NCBI GenBank assembly: GCA_965219445.1
Contig: CBDCNQ010000004.1
Location: forward strand, 233,023 to 297,022
DNA from: Longimicrobiales bacterium
GTDB lineage: Bacteria > Gemmatimonadota > Gemmatimonadetes > Longimicrobiales > Gaopeijiaceae
Length of the DNA: 64,000 bases
Direction: 5' to 3'
The notes below the pieces were generated by a model. It was not told where the DNA came from, did no database searches, and worked only from the letters and a program-made list of their open reading frames with translations. The position numbers and the translations under genes are program-made. How positions within the stretch are numbered: the stretch's first letter is position 1; each line of letters opens with the position of its first letter. This document shows, one piece after another, positions 49,431 through 58,693 of the stretch.

Positions 49431-50456
49431 TCATCGAGTCCAGAGAAGGACGACGCCGCAGGAATTAAGCATGCCGTACTCGAAGGGTATGCCGGCAATT
49501 CCGTGGTAGACCTCCATCGCACTGATCCACTCCGGGGGGTATTGGTCGAGGTCCGGATCAAACATTCGAATCCCATCCACGTACACCGGCAGAACACAGC
49601 CGCCCCCGCGAAAACCGAGGCCCCGCCCGCTCACGGCTACCGTGCCGCCGCGGTTACTTCGCCTCACCCTCACGCCTGGAACACGCCAAATAACGTCGGA
49701 TACGTACATGGGATGAATGGCTTCGAGGTCTTTCTTAGCGAATTGCTTACCCCAGCCACCCTCCATTCTCCTGTAGAATCCGTTCCGTTCGAGAAAGCGC
49801 GAGCGGACCGTCACTTCGATCGCCTCGAGTTCGATCGCCCGGGCAGACATCGAGGCGTTGATTTCGACCGTTCTTCCAGCTTGCACGATCAGTGTGGTCG
49901 TGCGGGAGGCGTAACCCAGGTGCGTGAACCGGACCTCCATCAACCCCGGCTCCAGGTCCCTCAAATCGAAACGGCCACGTCCATCCGTCACTGTGCCAGC
50001 GCGTGTCGGGCTCAGTACCGTGACCTCCACGTCGGAAACCCCACGGTTTCTGCCCTCCTCGGTGACCCGACCGACGATGCGCCCCGGAGCCAGCGGGTCG
50101 TAGGTCGGGTCACGGTCTAGCAGAATCAGTAAATCTTCGTGCCAGGGAACCGGCAATTCGCCCAGAATGATGGCGTCGTAGCCGACCCGCTCTGCCGTTA
50201 GGCGATGTCGCCCAGCCGGGAGACGACCGAGGTCGACCCGACCCAACTCGTCCGAGATCACACGAATGCCGAGTTCGGGCAACTCCACGATCGCCCCACT
50301 GAGCGGAGCTCGGGTCTCCGCATCCGCGACCTGGCCGGACCTCGCGAATCCGTCGTCCGCCAGGCCGACCGACTGATCCATGGCTCGGAGGTTGTCTGCA
50401 AGTGGACACGCCAGAAGGCCCGAAAAGACAATCACGAGAAGGGACGTTCGGTTCAT
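49431..50456 (-). CDS. CarboxypepD_reg-like plus TonB-dependent-receptor plug domain protein (no barrel)
   Basis: ORF 49431..50456. Signal peptide, two beta-sandwich-like repeats ([26 protein letters not shown] and [26 protein letters not shown]), then plug-like VYVDGIRM...EVYHG. Confidence 0.7.
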   Translation of the reverse strand: MNRTSLLVIVFSGLLACPLADNLRAMDQSVGLADDGFARSGQVADAETRAPLSGAIVELPELGIRVISDELGRVDLGRLPAGRHRLTAERVGYDAIILGELPVPWHEDLLILLDRDPTYDPLAPGRIVGRVTEEGRNRGVSDVEVTVLSPTRAGTVTDGRGRFDLRDLEPGLMEVRFTHLGYASRTTTLIVQAGRTVEINASMSARAIELEAIEVTVRSRFLERNGFYRRMEGGWGKQFAKKDLEAIHPMYVSDVIWRVPGVRVRRSNRGGTVAVSGRGLGFRGGGCVLPVYVDGIRMFDPDLDQYPPEWISAMEVYHGIAGIPFEYGMLNSCGVVLLWTR

Positions 50457-50560
50457 GTTGCCTCCTTCATCGCGACCTTGCGCCCGTGCTTGAGATCATC
50501 GGCCAAGTAGACCGTTGCCATGCCGCCCTCGCCGAGCTCACGCTCGATGGCGTAGCGGAA
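50453..50560 (-). pseudogene. Ser/Thr protein kinase N-terminal remnant (35 codons)
   Basis: Own reading: [35 protein letters not shown]-stop. This is a Gly-rich loop plus a VAxK lysine box, bounded by the upstream gene stop and overlapping the downstream ATG. Confidence 0.6.
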
Positions 50561-52123
50561 TTAATTGCCTATCGACTCGGTCCCTATCAGAGTGCCCTCC
50601 CTGGCTGTTGGCGGGAAGTTCTCCCCGCGCAATTGATTCATCGTCATCCCGTTTGCCCGATCGAGTGCTGCAGCGAATGCGCGGGTGCTGCGCTCCAGAC
50701 CGCTGGCGGGGACAAGCTCTGGCACATCAAGCGACGTGTGGTAGATCACGTGATCGATGATGTGGAAGGACGGTGCGTAATTGCCATTCTTAGGCCCATC
50801 TTCCAGGGCATATACTGACACACCGAACTCGCGCAACGTATTGAAGACCATCTGCTCGAATTCGGGGCTACCGAGCGCGTTCCAACGGAAGGCACCCACG
50901 GCGTTGGTTGGCGTGAGAGCATCGTTATACATGTAGAGCAGGGTCTGCGAAGCATGCTCCATGGTCAACTTCACGGCGACTTTGTCCCAGGGGTACGAAT
51001 CATTGATGCCGACACCCTCACGGCCGCGGGCGACTTCGCCGTGATGATGATCTGAGAATTGAATGAACTTCATCGTGCGTGGGCGTTCCTCAAGAGGCTT
51101 TTGCGCATAGAACCGTGCAATTTCCAGCGCGCTCGCCATTCCCGCCGCGTTGTCCATTGCCGCCTGAAAGTATCCATCGGTGTGCGTCATGACGACGATT
51201 TCCTCGTCAGACATGCCTGGGAGGGTTGCGATTGTGTACTCGGTCGCAAGATCGCGCAGTTCCTCCACTTCAAGCCGGAAGGTGAGTTCGACCCTTTCGC
51301 CTCTATCGAGCCGGTCCCTCAACGCGAAGCCTTCGTCCATGCTCAATGTGAATTGCGGAACCTCCGGCGTGCCGCCCTCGGGTTGAAACTGGCCATTGCC
51401 GGGTACCCCCATCACATTCACCACCATCGCAGCACCCATTTCGACGGCCCTGGTATTAGCATTGAAGAGGCCTGCGCGTCCACTCGCCGAATGGCTACGC
51501 CCTCCAGGGACGAACACGCTATAGACGACGACCGCCTTCCCCTCGACATCTCTACCGATGAAATCGGCCCCCGCGCCGACGCCCACCCAAACCGCCTCCG
51601 CCGTGATGCTTTGAGGCCCAGTGGCCTTTGTGCGAGCAACGGGGAATGCGGTCGCCAGGTGTATCGTGGATCCGTCAGCCGTCTCGTAGCTCGCGGCCCA
51701 ATCCGTCGGTCTCCAATCACGGGGCAGCACATAGGGGAAGTGCTCGACGGTGAGCCCGAGGTCCTCGAACCCGCTCGTCATGTATAGCATGCCTTCGCGG
51801 TCGGCGGTTGTGCCAGGCAAGCGACCCCACCATTTGTGTCCAGCATCACGATAGCGGACGGCGATCTGCGCGAGGTCGACTACGTGCCGTTTCATCCGAG
51901 CACCATCGATGCTGGCGTACTGACTCTGCTCCGAAGTCAGCGGCCAGACCGGGTATTGATCGTCAGCGAAGAGCAGCAGATCGCGGTCTCTTGGCAGCCC
52001 TTCACCGTACGTTTTTTCCACCTTGGGGCCAAGATCGATTTGAGCATGAGAAACAGCAGGACTCGCAAACACCACCCCGAGTGTGGCCAACGAAACGAAA
52101 CCGTAGCTTCGCAATCTCCTCAT
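50561..52123 (-). CDS. M28-family peptidase with PA domain
   Basis: ORF 50561..52165 trimmed to MRRLRSYGFVSLATLGVVFASPAVSHAQ (AGGAGAAG RBS). Contains VVMTHTDGYFQAAMDNAAGMASALEIARFY. Confidence 0.85.
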   Translation of the reverse strand: MRRLRSYGFVSLATLGVVFASPAVSHAQIDLGPKVEKTYGEGLPRDRDLLLFADDQYPVWPLTSEQSQYASIDGARMKRHVVDLAQIAVRYRDAGHKWWGRLPGTTADREGMLYMTSGFEDLGLTVEHFPYVLPRDWRPTDWAASYETADGSTIHLATAFPVARTKATGPQSITAEAVWVGVGAGADFIGRDVEGKAVVVYSVFVPGGRSHSASGRAGLFNANTRAVEMGAAMVVNVMGVPGNGQFQPEGGTPEVPQFTLSMDEGFALRDRLDRGERVELTFRLEVEELRDLATEYTIATLPGMSDEEIVVMTHTDGYFQAAMDNAAGMASALEIARFYAQKPLEERPRTMKFIQFSDHHHGEVARGREGVGINDSYPWDKVAVKLTMEHASQTLLYMYNDALTPTNAVGAFRWNALGSPEFEQMVFNTLREFGVSVYALEDGPKNGNYAPSFHIIDHVIYHTSLDVPELVPASGLERSTRAFAAALDRANGMTMNQLRGENFPPTAREGTLIGTESIGN

Positions 52124-52210
52124 CTTGCTTCTCCTGGTGACGTTTAGGTCTATTCTCCAAGACAATGTGCCAAACTACCCAGCCTACCCACACCGGAGAC
52201 GGCATCGGAC

Positions 52211-52270
52211 ATGGGCGCACTCCTGCCGCTCAACATCCGAGAGTGGGGCGGTAGGCGCAAGCAGAGACTT
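52211..52270 (-). promoter_or_regulatory. Conserved upstream motif, copy 4 (TTGCGC-N17-GATGTT)
   Basis: On the plus strand, gcgcaa is at 52255-52260 and aacatc at 52232-52237. It is upstream of the M28/PA peptidase gene. Confidence 0.35.
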
Positions 52271-52285
52271 GTCCCGAACGAGAAG

Positions 52286-52316
52286 ACGGCCACCTCCGAA
52301 CGATGGGGGTGGCCGT
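52286..52316. terminator. Hairpin ACGGCCAC...GTGGCCGT (repeat of the 49367 hairpin family)
   Basis: An 8-bp stem followed by TTTGTG on the plus strand. It lies between the OMP pseudogene end (52354) and motif copy 4. Confidence 0.3.
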
Positions 52317-52353
52317 TTGTGCGTGGGATGGCTGGATGATGATCCCGATCACG

Positions 52354-53084
52354 CTAGATCCCGACCGACACCCCCACCCGGAAGCTCCACAGGTTCGCAT
52401 CGGTCCTGCGTGGATAGATGACGACGCTGCCATCCGGCTGATCGACGATGTCTCCCTCGCGGAGATATGTGGCCGTGCCGTTGCGATGATAGTCGGCGCC
52501 GAGATCCAACCAGGTCGGGTGCCGTCCGTTCGACAGGCGAACACCCAAACCCGCGCCCATCCGCTTCTGAAAGACGACGTCCTCCCAGTTGTTGGTATTG
52601 GCGTACGTGTAGCCGGCCCAGTCATCGCTTCCGCTGAGTCCGGAAGTCGTTACGAAATAGCTGACAGGTTCCGGGAGGCCCTGGCATAGGGTCGCAATCG
52701 ATCCACCTGCATGGCCAATTCAGGGCCGACGCCCAGAAATAGAATGTTGTTCTGCGTGTCAAGGTCCACACCCACCCGACAGCTGTAGACGCTGCAAAAC
52801 TGGAGCGTTTCGTTACCGTAGTTGATGAATCCTATGCTGCCCCTCAGGCTGAACAGCCCGACCGGATCCAGCTCATAGCGTCCTCCGAGTTCAAAACCCC
52901 ACCCTCGTTCGACAATCAGCCCGAAATCCCCGGTGGGCTGCGCCCCAACAAACGTGACGTCGAAATATCCGCGAGGCGCGCGGACCTCTTCAGACTGGGC
53001 TTGGGCTTCTGTGGGAAGCAAGAACCCTCCCAACCAGACCGCCCCTGCCGTTATTAGAAAAGCTCTCACGAGGAGCAATGTCAT
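52354..53084 (-). pseudogene. Outer-membrane beta-barrel protein, frameshifted
   Basis: ORF 52650..53147 starts at MTLLLVRAFLITAGAVWLGG (signal peptide) with beta-strand repeats. It continues in another frame as VSYFVTTSGLSGSDDWAGYTYANTNNWEDVVFQKRMGAGLGVRL...NLWSFRVGVSVGI (ORF 52354..52560 plus upstream). The frame break is near 52685. Confidence 0.7.
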
Positions 53085-53379
53085 CCCTCCTTCAGCGTCT
53101 TGGCCGTCCCCTACCTCCACGCAACACTGATTCAGGGCTCGTTGCAACGGTTTTGGACCCCACGCAAGCCGGAGTCTACTCCACCACCACCGAACCGGCT
53201 CTTATGGCGAGCTCCCCTCGTGGTGGTTGCGTATAGCCTGACAGGACGCGTATGTTGCCGTCTCGCCAGAATCGGGGACGCGAGTACCCCCCTCGGGATG
53301 CAGCTTAGCGACGGGTAGAAGCCCACATATTTTTTTCACAAGTCCGCGCATTAGGCCGTCCAACAGAGAAGAACAAGTC

Positions 53380-53787
53380 ATGGCCAAGCCCCCCCTAGCG
53401 TTGATCGTGAAGTGGAGAGACCTCGCTCAAGAGGGTCGGTTTTATACCGACATCGCCAAGAATTTTCCTGAGTACACGTCCAGTCAGATCCGGCATTATT
53501 GCCTCGGACACTCCGGCGCCAAGGCTCCCGGTCCCATACAAGAGACGAGGCGTTGGTTGGACAACCCCTGGCTTCAGGGGGAAAAGTCGCCCCACGCGCT
53601 CCTCGACGAGAAACAGGTCCGGGACGTCTTGGGCGACTGGGATGATGACAAGGGATACTGGCGTAACTCCGCCGGACACTGGGCCAAGCTTCTAAGAGTC
53701 TCACCGAGTACGATTCTAGCCGTCCGGCGCGGCGACACGTGGAAGCACCTCAACCACCCCAACGCCGGACGCAAGAAGGAAGAGTAG
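53380..53787 (+). CDS. Hypothetical protein with two HTH-like repeats
   Basis: ORF 53380..53787 in a lower-GC patch. It contains two segments of the form short acidic run + HTH + W-H (FYTDIAKNFPEYTSSQIRHY and HWAKLLRVSPSTILAVRRGDTWKH). Confidence 0.5.
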   Translation: MAKPPLALIVKWRDLAQEGRFYTDIAKNFPEYTSSQIRHYCLGHSGAKAPGPIQETRRWLDNPWLQGEKSPHALLDEKQVRDVLGDWDDDKGYWRNSAGHWAKLLRVSPSTILAVRRGDTWKHLNHPNAGRKKEE

Positions 53788-53877
53788 GCGACCTCGATGG
53801 ATGGTATTGGCCAAGGGAGAAGAACCGCCGGCCCGTAGCGAGCCACGAGAGGTCCACCAGAGTCTCCGACTTCTTAC

Positions 53878-53943
53878 GGGATCTCGATCATGTCCGCTCG
53901 CGACCCGGACGGCAACCTCCTGGAGTTCATGATCTATTCTTGA
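53878..53943 (+). pseudogene. VOC/glyoxalase-family C-terminal remnant
   Basis: Own reading: GISIMSARDPDGNLLEFMIYS-stop. Only the last beta-strands of a VOC fold are present, and an in-frame stop lies 14 codons upstream. Confidence 0.45.
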
Positions 53944-53972
53944 GGGCGGGCCGCACGCTCACTTCGGTGGGT

Positions 53973-54300
53973 ACCCGGGGCTAGCACCCCGTGATAGCGG
54001 TGCCGGTGAATGCGTGGTGAGGCGATGAGCAGAGCGAGCCGCTCGAGGGCGAGCGGCGGACGGGCGCAGTAGCGCAGAAGGCGTTCGAGCCCCGCAGGGT
54101 CACAGGCCGTGATGTGAACGGAGGCATCGACGCTGAACCCGCCGGAGGCGTGCCAGGTGAGCTTGTCGTCAGTGACGTGGCGTTCGAACAGACCGCGGCG
54201 GTGGAAGTAGAACGGAGCACGCGGTGGTGCACGGGGGACGCCAACCTTAAACTTCCAGGTGACCGCTTCCCGTCCGGAGACGGGGGTCCCTGCGAGGGGG
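53973..54300 (-). pseudogene. IS91-family transposase C-terminal remnant with internal deletion
   Basis: Own minus-strand reading: FERHVTDDKLTWHASGGFSVDASVHITACDPAGLERLLRYCARPPLALERLALLIASPRIHRHRYHGVLAPG. The segment normally present between ERL and PR-H--RYHGVLAP is missing. Confidence 0.6.
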
Positions 54301-54335
54301 GGGGCGCTCGTGCACCTAGAGGAGGAGCAAACACC

Positions 54336-56360
54336 ATGGACCGACGCATACTCCGCACCCTGATCGTCACAGCGCTCGCGCTCGCCGCGGTCGGTGCTGC
54401 CTCACGGGCGGCCCGGGCCGACGTCACCGGCGTCGTGCTCACGCACTGCGTGGACGTCCTGGGGGGCAAGTCGTTCGGGCGCACCGGCGCCTACGAGAAA
54501 TGCTTTGGCAAGATCTTCTTCTCGCTCGACCCGGACGGCCCCCGCAACCGGGGCATCGTGGATCTCGACAAGGCGCCGCGTAACGCGAACGGCGAGGTGG
54601 AGTTCTCGTCCGACGTGTTCGTCCTTCGGCCCAAGGACCCGAGCCGCGGGAACGGGGTCTTGTTCTTCGACGTGGTCAACCGTGGTAACAAGGGGCTCCT
54701 GGGGAATTTCAACTTCGCTGAAAGGTCGGTCGATCCAACGACCGAAGCGGATTTCGGTGACGGGTACCTGATGCGCGAGGGGTACACCCTCATCGCCGTG
54801 GGGTGGGAGCACACCCCGAACACGCCCGCGGTCGCCCTGTATCCGCCGATCGCCACCGAGAACGGCACGCCGATCACCGGGGAGATCGGCAACTGGTTCA
54901 TCCCCCTGTACGCCGGCCAGACCTTCGATCTCACCACTTCATTCTCGAGTGGATTCGACGTCTACCCGCCCCTGGATCCACGCGACCCCGACTACACCCT
55001 CACCGTGCGCGAAGGCTTCCACGGCGAACCCACCGCTGTCCCACGCGATAGCTGGGAGTTCGGGCGGCTGGAGAACGGCGAGGCCGTGTATGACCCGCAC
55101 TCGCTTCTCGTGTGGACAGGGTTCAAGCCGGGGTACACCTACGAGCTAACGTACGAGACAAAGGACCCTCGCGTCATTGGGGTCGGCTTCGCAGCCATCC
55201 GTGACGCGGCCTCGTACTTCAAATTCGACCCGAGCTCACCAATCCGCGGCGAGTACGCTTACACGTACGGCAGCTCGCAGACGGGGCGCTACGAGCGGCA
55301 GCTGATATACGAAGGCTTTACGGTGGACGAGCAGGGGGAGCGCAAGGCGCTCGACGGGATCTTCGTCAACACGGGCGGGGCGTCCCTCGGGCCCTTTAAC
55401 AAACGGTTCGGGCAGCCCAACGATGGCGGGTTCCACACCCAGACCCGGTTCCCGATCCTCTACCAGTCGACGCGCGATCCGGTCACCGGTCGCGTGGACG
55501 GCCTAGGCGCACGGATCCCGGTGGGATTGGAGCCGAAGGTCATGCTCGTCGAAACCTCCTCGGAGTACTGGGATCGCGGGCGCGTGGCGGCGCTCAACCA
55601 CACCTCGATCGACGGCCGCGAGGACGTGCAGCCCGCTGAGAACGTGCGCTTTTACGTGATGGGCTCCTTCCCCCATGGCGGCGGCGGCTTCCCACCGACC
55701 TTGACCTGGGACCAGCAACTGCCGGGGAACCCCATCGAGGTGCGCATCGCCAAGCGCGCCATCCTGTCTGGGCTGGACCGCTGGGTCCGCGAGGGCGTCG
55801 AGCCCGCGCCCAGCAGCCACCCGACCCTCGCTGCTGGCACTCTGGTGCCTCAGAGGGAGATCGAGTTCCCCGGGATTCCGGGCATACAGTGGCCGTATGA
55901 CGTGCCCGGCGCCTACCGCGGCGAGTGTCTCTCAGGGTATCGTGGACATCAAGCAGGCGCCCCCAACGCGGTTGCGGACTGTGACCCCATGCCCTTCCTT
56001 GTTGCCAACGTGGACGCGGATGGCAACGAGACCAGTGGGATCCTCCCCCCGGACGTGACCGTTCCCCTGGCCACGTACACCGGGTGGGCGTTTCGCAGCC
56101 TACGTGCTGGGCTCCCCGAGCAGATCCGGATGATGAGGGGCTCCTACATTCCCTTCCCGCGTACCCGGGCGGAGCGCCAGCAGCTGGGCGACCCAAGGCT
56201 GTCCATCGAGGAGCGGTATTCCGGTAAGGCCGACTACCTCCGTCGGTTCGAGGCGGCGGCGCGCCACATGGTCGAGGAGAGGTACATGTTGGAGGAGGAC
56301 CTCGACCGATCGCTCGCCCAGGCGGCCGCGCACTGGGACCTGCTGATGGGACCGAGCTAG
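54336..56360 (+). CDS. Secreted alpha/beta-hydrolase-domain protein (Abhydrolase_10-like, putative)
   Basis: ORF 54114..56360 trimmed to MDRRILRTLIVTALALAAVGAASRAARA (GGAGGAG RBS). Contains VFVLRPKDPSRGNGVLFFDVVNRGNKGLL. The family name is from memory. Confidence 0.65.
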   Translation: MDRRILRTLIVTALALAAVGAASRAARADVTGVVLTHCVDVLGGKSFGRTGAYEKCFGKIFFSLDPDGPRNRGIVDLDKAPRNANGEVEFSSDVFVLRPKDPSRGNGVLFFDVVNRGNKGLLGNFNFAERSVDPTTEADFGDGYLMREGYTLIAVGWEHTPNTPAVALYPPIATENGTPITGEIGNWFIPLYAGQTFDLTTSFSSGFDVYPPLDPRDPDYTLTVREGFHGEPTAVPRDSWEFGRLENGEAVYDPHSLLVWTGFKPGYTYELTYETKDPRVIGVGFAAIRDAASYFKFDPSSPIRGEYAYTYGSSQTGRYERQLIYEGFTVDEQGERKALDGIFVNTGGASLGPFNKRFGQPNDGGFHTQTRFPILYQSTRDPVTGRVDGLGARIPVGLEPKVMLVETSSEYWDRGRVAALNHTSIDGREDVQPAENVRFYVMGSFPHGGGGFPPTLTWDQQLPGNPIEVRIAKRAILSGLDRWVREGVEPAPSSHPTLAAGTLVPQREIEFPGIPGIQWPYDVPGAYRGECLSGYRGHQAGAPNAVADCDPMPFLVANVDADGNETSGILPPDVTVPLATYTGWAFRSLRAGLPEQIRMMRGSYIPFPRTRAERQQLGDPRLSIEERYSGKADYLRRFEAAARHMVEERYMLEEDLDRSLAQAAAHWDLLMGPS

Positions 56361-56390
56361 ACGCCGACGAACCTCGAGCTCTGGACCGAG

Positions 56391-56579
56391 GTGCTCCCGC
56401 CGGACGCCTTTGCGATTCAACCGGGCGCTGGGGTTGACATCCGACTAACCGACCGATTGGCCGCGCGGGTGCAAGGCGACTGGCGCAGAATCTCTTCCGG
56501 CGATGAAGCTCTGGGTACTGTGGACGGTAACCAGATTCGGATCGCGGCAGGCATCGTGGTCGGCTTCGGTAGCCGATAG
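56391..56579 (+). pseudogene. Outer-membrane beta-barrel C-terminal remnant
   Basis: ORF 56391..56579 reads AIQPGAGVDIRLTDRLAARVQGDWRRI...IRIAAGIVVGFGSR. Only the terminal strands are present. Confidence 0.45.
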
Positions 56580-56772
56580 CTGGTCTCCCTGACGCGGCGT
56601 GAGTCTTTCACGGGCGACCTCTCGGGGTCGCCTTTGCCGTGTCCGGGGAAGGGCACGAGTCCGATGCCTACCGCGACAGTAGCAATCGCTTGACGGAAGT
56701 ATATACTTGACGTAACATGAAGGGATTATTATATTTATGATACGTTAAAGAGACCTTAGAGAGATTGAGAAA

Positions 56773-57704
56773 ATGGCGAAAGTTGGCAGCGACAAGACCC
56801 GGATGATTGCCGAGATCCCGATGGCATGTGCCGATGAGGATGTGGCGGTCGCCTTCCTTGAAGACTTACGATGGGGCGACAACCCATGCTGCCCCCGTTG
56901 TGGTGATTGCGATGTTTACCAAATGCGGTCCCGTGGCGGCGGGCGTGAGAAGGGCTACCGCTGGCGGTGCCGGGGATGCAAGCAACAACACACGGTGAGG
57001 ACGGGAACGGTCATGGAGGACAGTCGGATTCCGTTACGTGTGTGGTGTCATGCCTACTGGCGCGCGGCCAGCTCGAAGAAGGGCGTCTCGGCCCTACAGA
57101 TCAAGCGCGAGACGGGCATTAGCTACAAGTCCGCGCTATTCCTGATGCACCGCATCCGCTGGGCGATGGCTGACAACGGATCTGGACTGCTTGACGGTCA
57201 AGTTGAAGCCGATGAAACCTACGTCGGCCCACGCGGTCGCCGGGGATCAAAGCCCGGACGCTCCACGGAACTCAAAACGCCTGTATTCGCGGCGATACAG
57301 CGAGACGGTGAGGTTCGTGCCCGCGTCGGTCCCGAACGTGACCGGGGCGACCCTCAAGGCTGCGCTTGCGCGAGACGGTGTTACCGTTAGCGACGATCTA
57401 CACCGATGAGTTCGGCGCGTACAGTGGACTCGACAAGGAATTCGCTGGGCACGAGACGGTGAGCCACAAGCGGAAAGAGTATGTGCGCGGTGACGCGACG
57501 ACGAACACCGCCGAGTCCTTCTTCGCGATCCTCAAACGCGGCGTGATCGGCACGTTCCACAGCGTCAGCAAGAAGCATCTACACCGTTACGTGAGCGAAT
57601 TCGAATTCAGGTGGAATACCCGTGGGATGGACGACGGCGCAAGGATGCGGAGTCTGGTCCAGGCCGGGGACGGAAAGCGCCTTTTGTACCGCTGGCTAGG
57701 GTAA
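56773..57704 (+). pseudogene. IS1595-family transposase with two frameshifts
   Basis: ORF 56773..57390 has a zinc ribbon (CCPRCGDCDVYQM...WRCRGCKQQHTV) and VEADETYVG. The reading passes through the 57191..57409 frame (VPNVTGATLKAAL) to ORF 57366..57704 (IYTDEFGAYSGL...NTAESFFAILKRGVIGTFHSVSKKHLHRYVSEFEFRWN). An AT-rich promoter-like leader lies at 56690-56772. Confidence 0.75.
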
Positions 57705-57825
57705 CAACAACGGAGAAGCGAATGTTAACATCACCAGCAAACGCCGCCTCCAGACCGCAAACATTGGCCTTGTGTGCCGCGAATGCGTCTTGCGCTAGGT
57801 GCAAACATTCACCTTCGTGTAAGAA

Positions 57826-57909
57826 CGGGGCAGGTGGGATTCGAACCCACGAGGACGGAGTCCTGACCGTTTTTAAGGCGGTTGCGATAAGCCACTCTGC
57901 CACTGCCCG
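57826..57909 (-). tRNA. tRNA-Leu (anticodon UAA), class II with long variable arm
   Basis: Minus strand: CGGGCAG-UG-...-ACCGC CUUAAAA ACGGU - variable stem GGAC/GUCC - GUGGG UUCGAAU CCCAC - CUGCCCC-G. The T arm, variable arm and anticodon loop are canonical. There is a C1:C72 mismatch and a weak D stem. No CCA is encoded. Confidence 0.6.
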
Positions 57910-57960
57910 CAAGGCCCTCATGTCCGGCTTAGACCCGGATGTGAGGGCTGTTTTCGTTTC

Positions 57961-58608
57961 CTATAGGATGAGTCCGTACGAGACCCGCCCATTTTCCTTC
58001 TGCTTGTCGAAGATTCTGGCGTCCACGCCGTTCTTGAGCACCCATCGTACCGAGTTCCTATTCAGGGTCCTTCCGCCGATGGTCGGCCCCAGTTCGACTA
58101 TTCGCGATGCCCCGAGATACTGTGGGTGCACCGATCCAAGAATCCGTTTCACGGCGTTTTCGTTGGTGGGCTCGTCGTACGCCTTAACGTTCGCAAAGTC
58201 TGGGTTGAAGGACAGCCTCGTGCCGTTGGGCTTATGGGTGTCCTCCTGGCTGCGCCGTCGGAGCACCTGCAAGGCCGCAGTGAGGGCCGTGATTTCTTCT
58301 TCAAGCGCCGTAATGGCGCTGTCATATGGAGTCGCCACATGCACCTCCTGAACGTTGAATCTGACGTAAGTATCGCCAGGCGAATCCTTGTGGGCAATAC
58401 CCTGAGCCACAACGGACACACCATCCACAAACTTTCGAGTGTGGCATCCGATGGTTCCGGTGTTTCTGACGATGATGACGAGAGGCGTGGTCAACCCGGT
58501 CCTGAGCCGGATCGGCTCAAGATCGACGTGCCTTTTGCGGAAGGGTTGAGGCGGGCGCTGAAGAAGAAAAAGCCAAAGGAGGGCTGGCCGGAACCCGATG
58601 AACCACAA
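57961..58608 (-). CDS. Hypothetical protein (lower-GC; start uncertain)
   Basis: ORF 57961..58608. The C-terminal two thirds look protein-like (ITALEEEITALTAALQVLRRR...RTLNRNSVRWVLKNGVDARIFDKQKENGRVSYGLIL). The first ~45 codons look like antisense noise. See the competing plus-strand ORF 58339..58626. Confidence 0.4.
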   Translation of the reverse strand: MWFIGFRPALLWLFLLQRPPQPFRKRHVDLEPIRLRTGLTTPLVIIVRNTGTIGCHTRKFVDGVSVVAQGIAHKDSPGDTYVRFNVQEVHVATPYDSAITALEEEITALTAALQVLRRRSQEDTHKPNGTRLSFNPDFANVKAYDEPTNENAVKRILGSVHPQYLGASRIVELGPTIGGRTLNRNSVRWVLKNGVDARIFDKQKENGRVSYGLIL

Positions 58609-58693
58609 CCAGATAACGGGTCGTGAGGCCCTATGACGCCGTTTGCACTAAGTACATACTTCGCTCGCTTGATAGGGTGCAGCCCCGGGCATC

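Noticed and set aside
39594-52290. Idea that the four-copy motif encodes a small plus-strand peptide (...NIREW-RRKQ...) or is a sigma-54 promoter.
   Set aside because: The peptide frames differ between copies (indel in copy 1, different starts and stops) and the conservation is at the nucleotide level. No GG-N10-GC spacing consistent with a -24/-12 promoter is shared by all copies.
54114-54335. N-terminal extension of the hydrolase ORF (start at 54114).
   Set aside because: It overlaps the IS91 remnant on the other strand. A signal peptide with a good GGAGGAG RBS starts at 54336.
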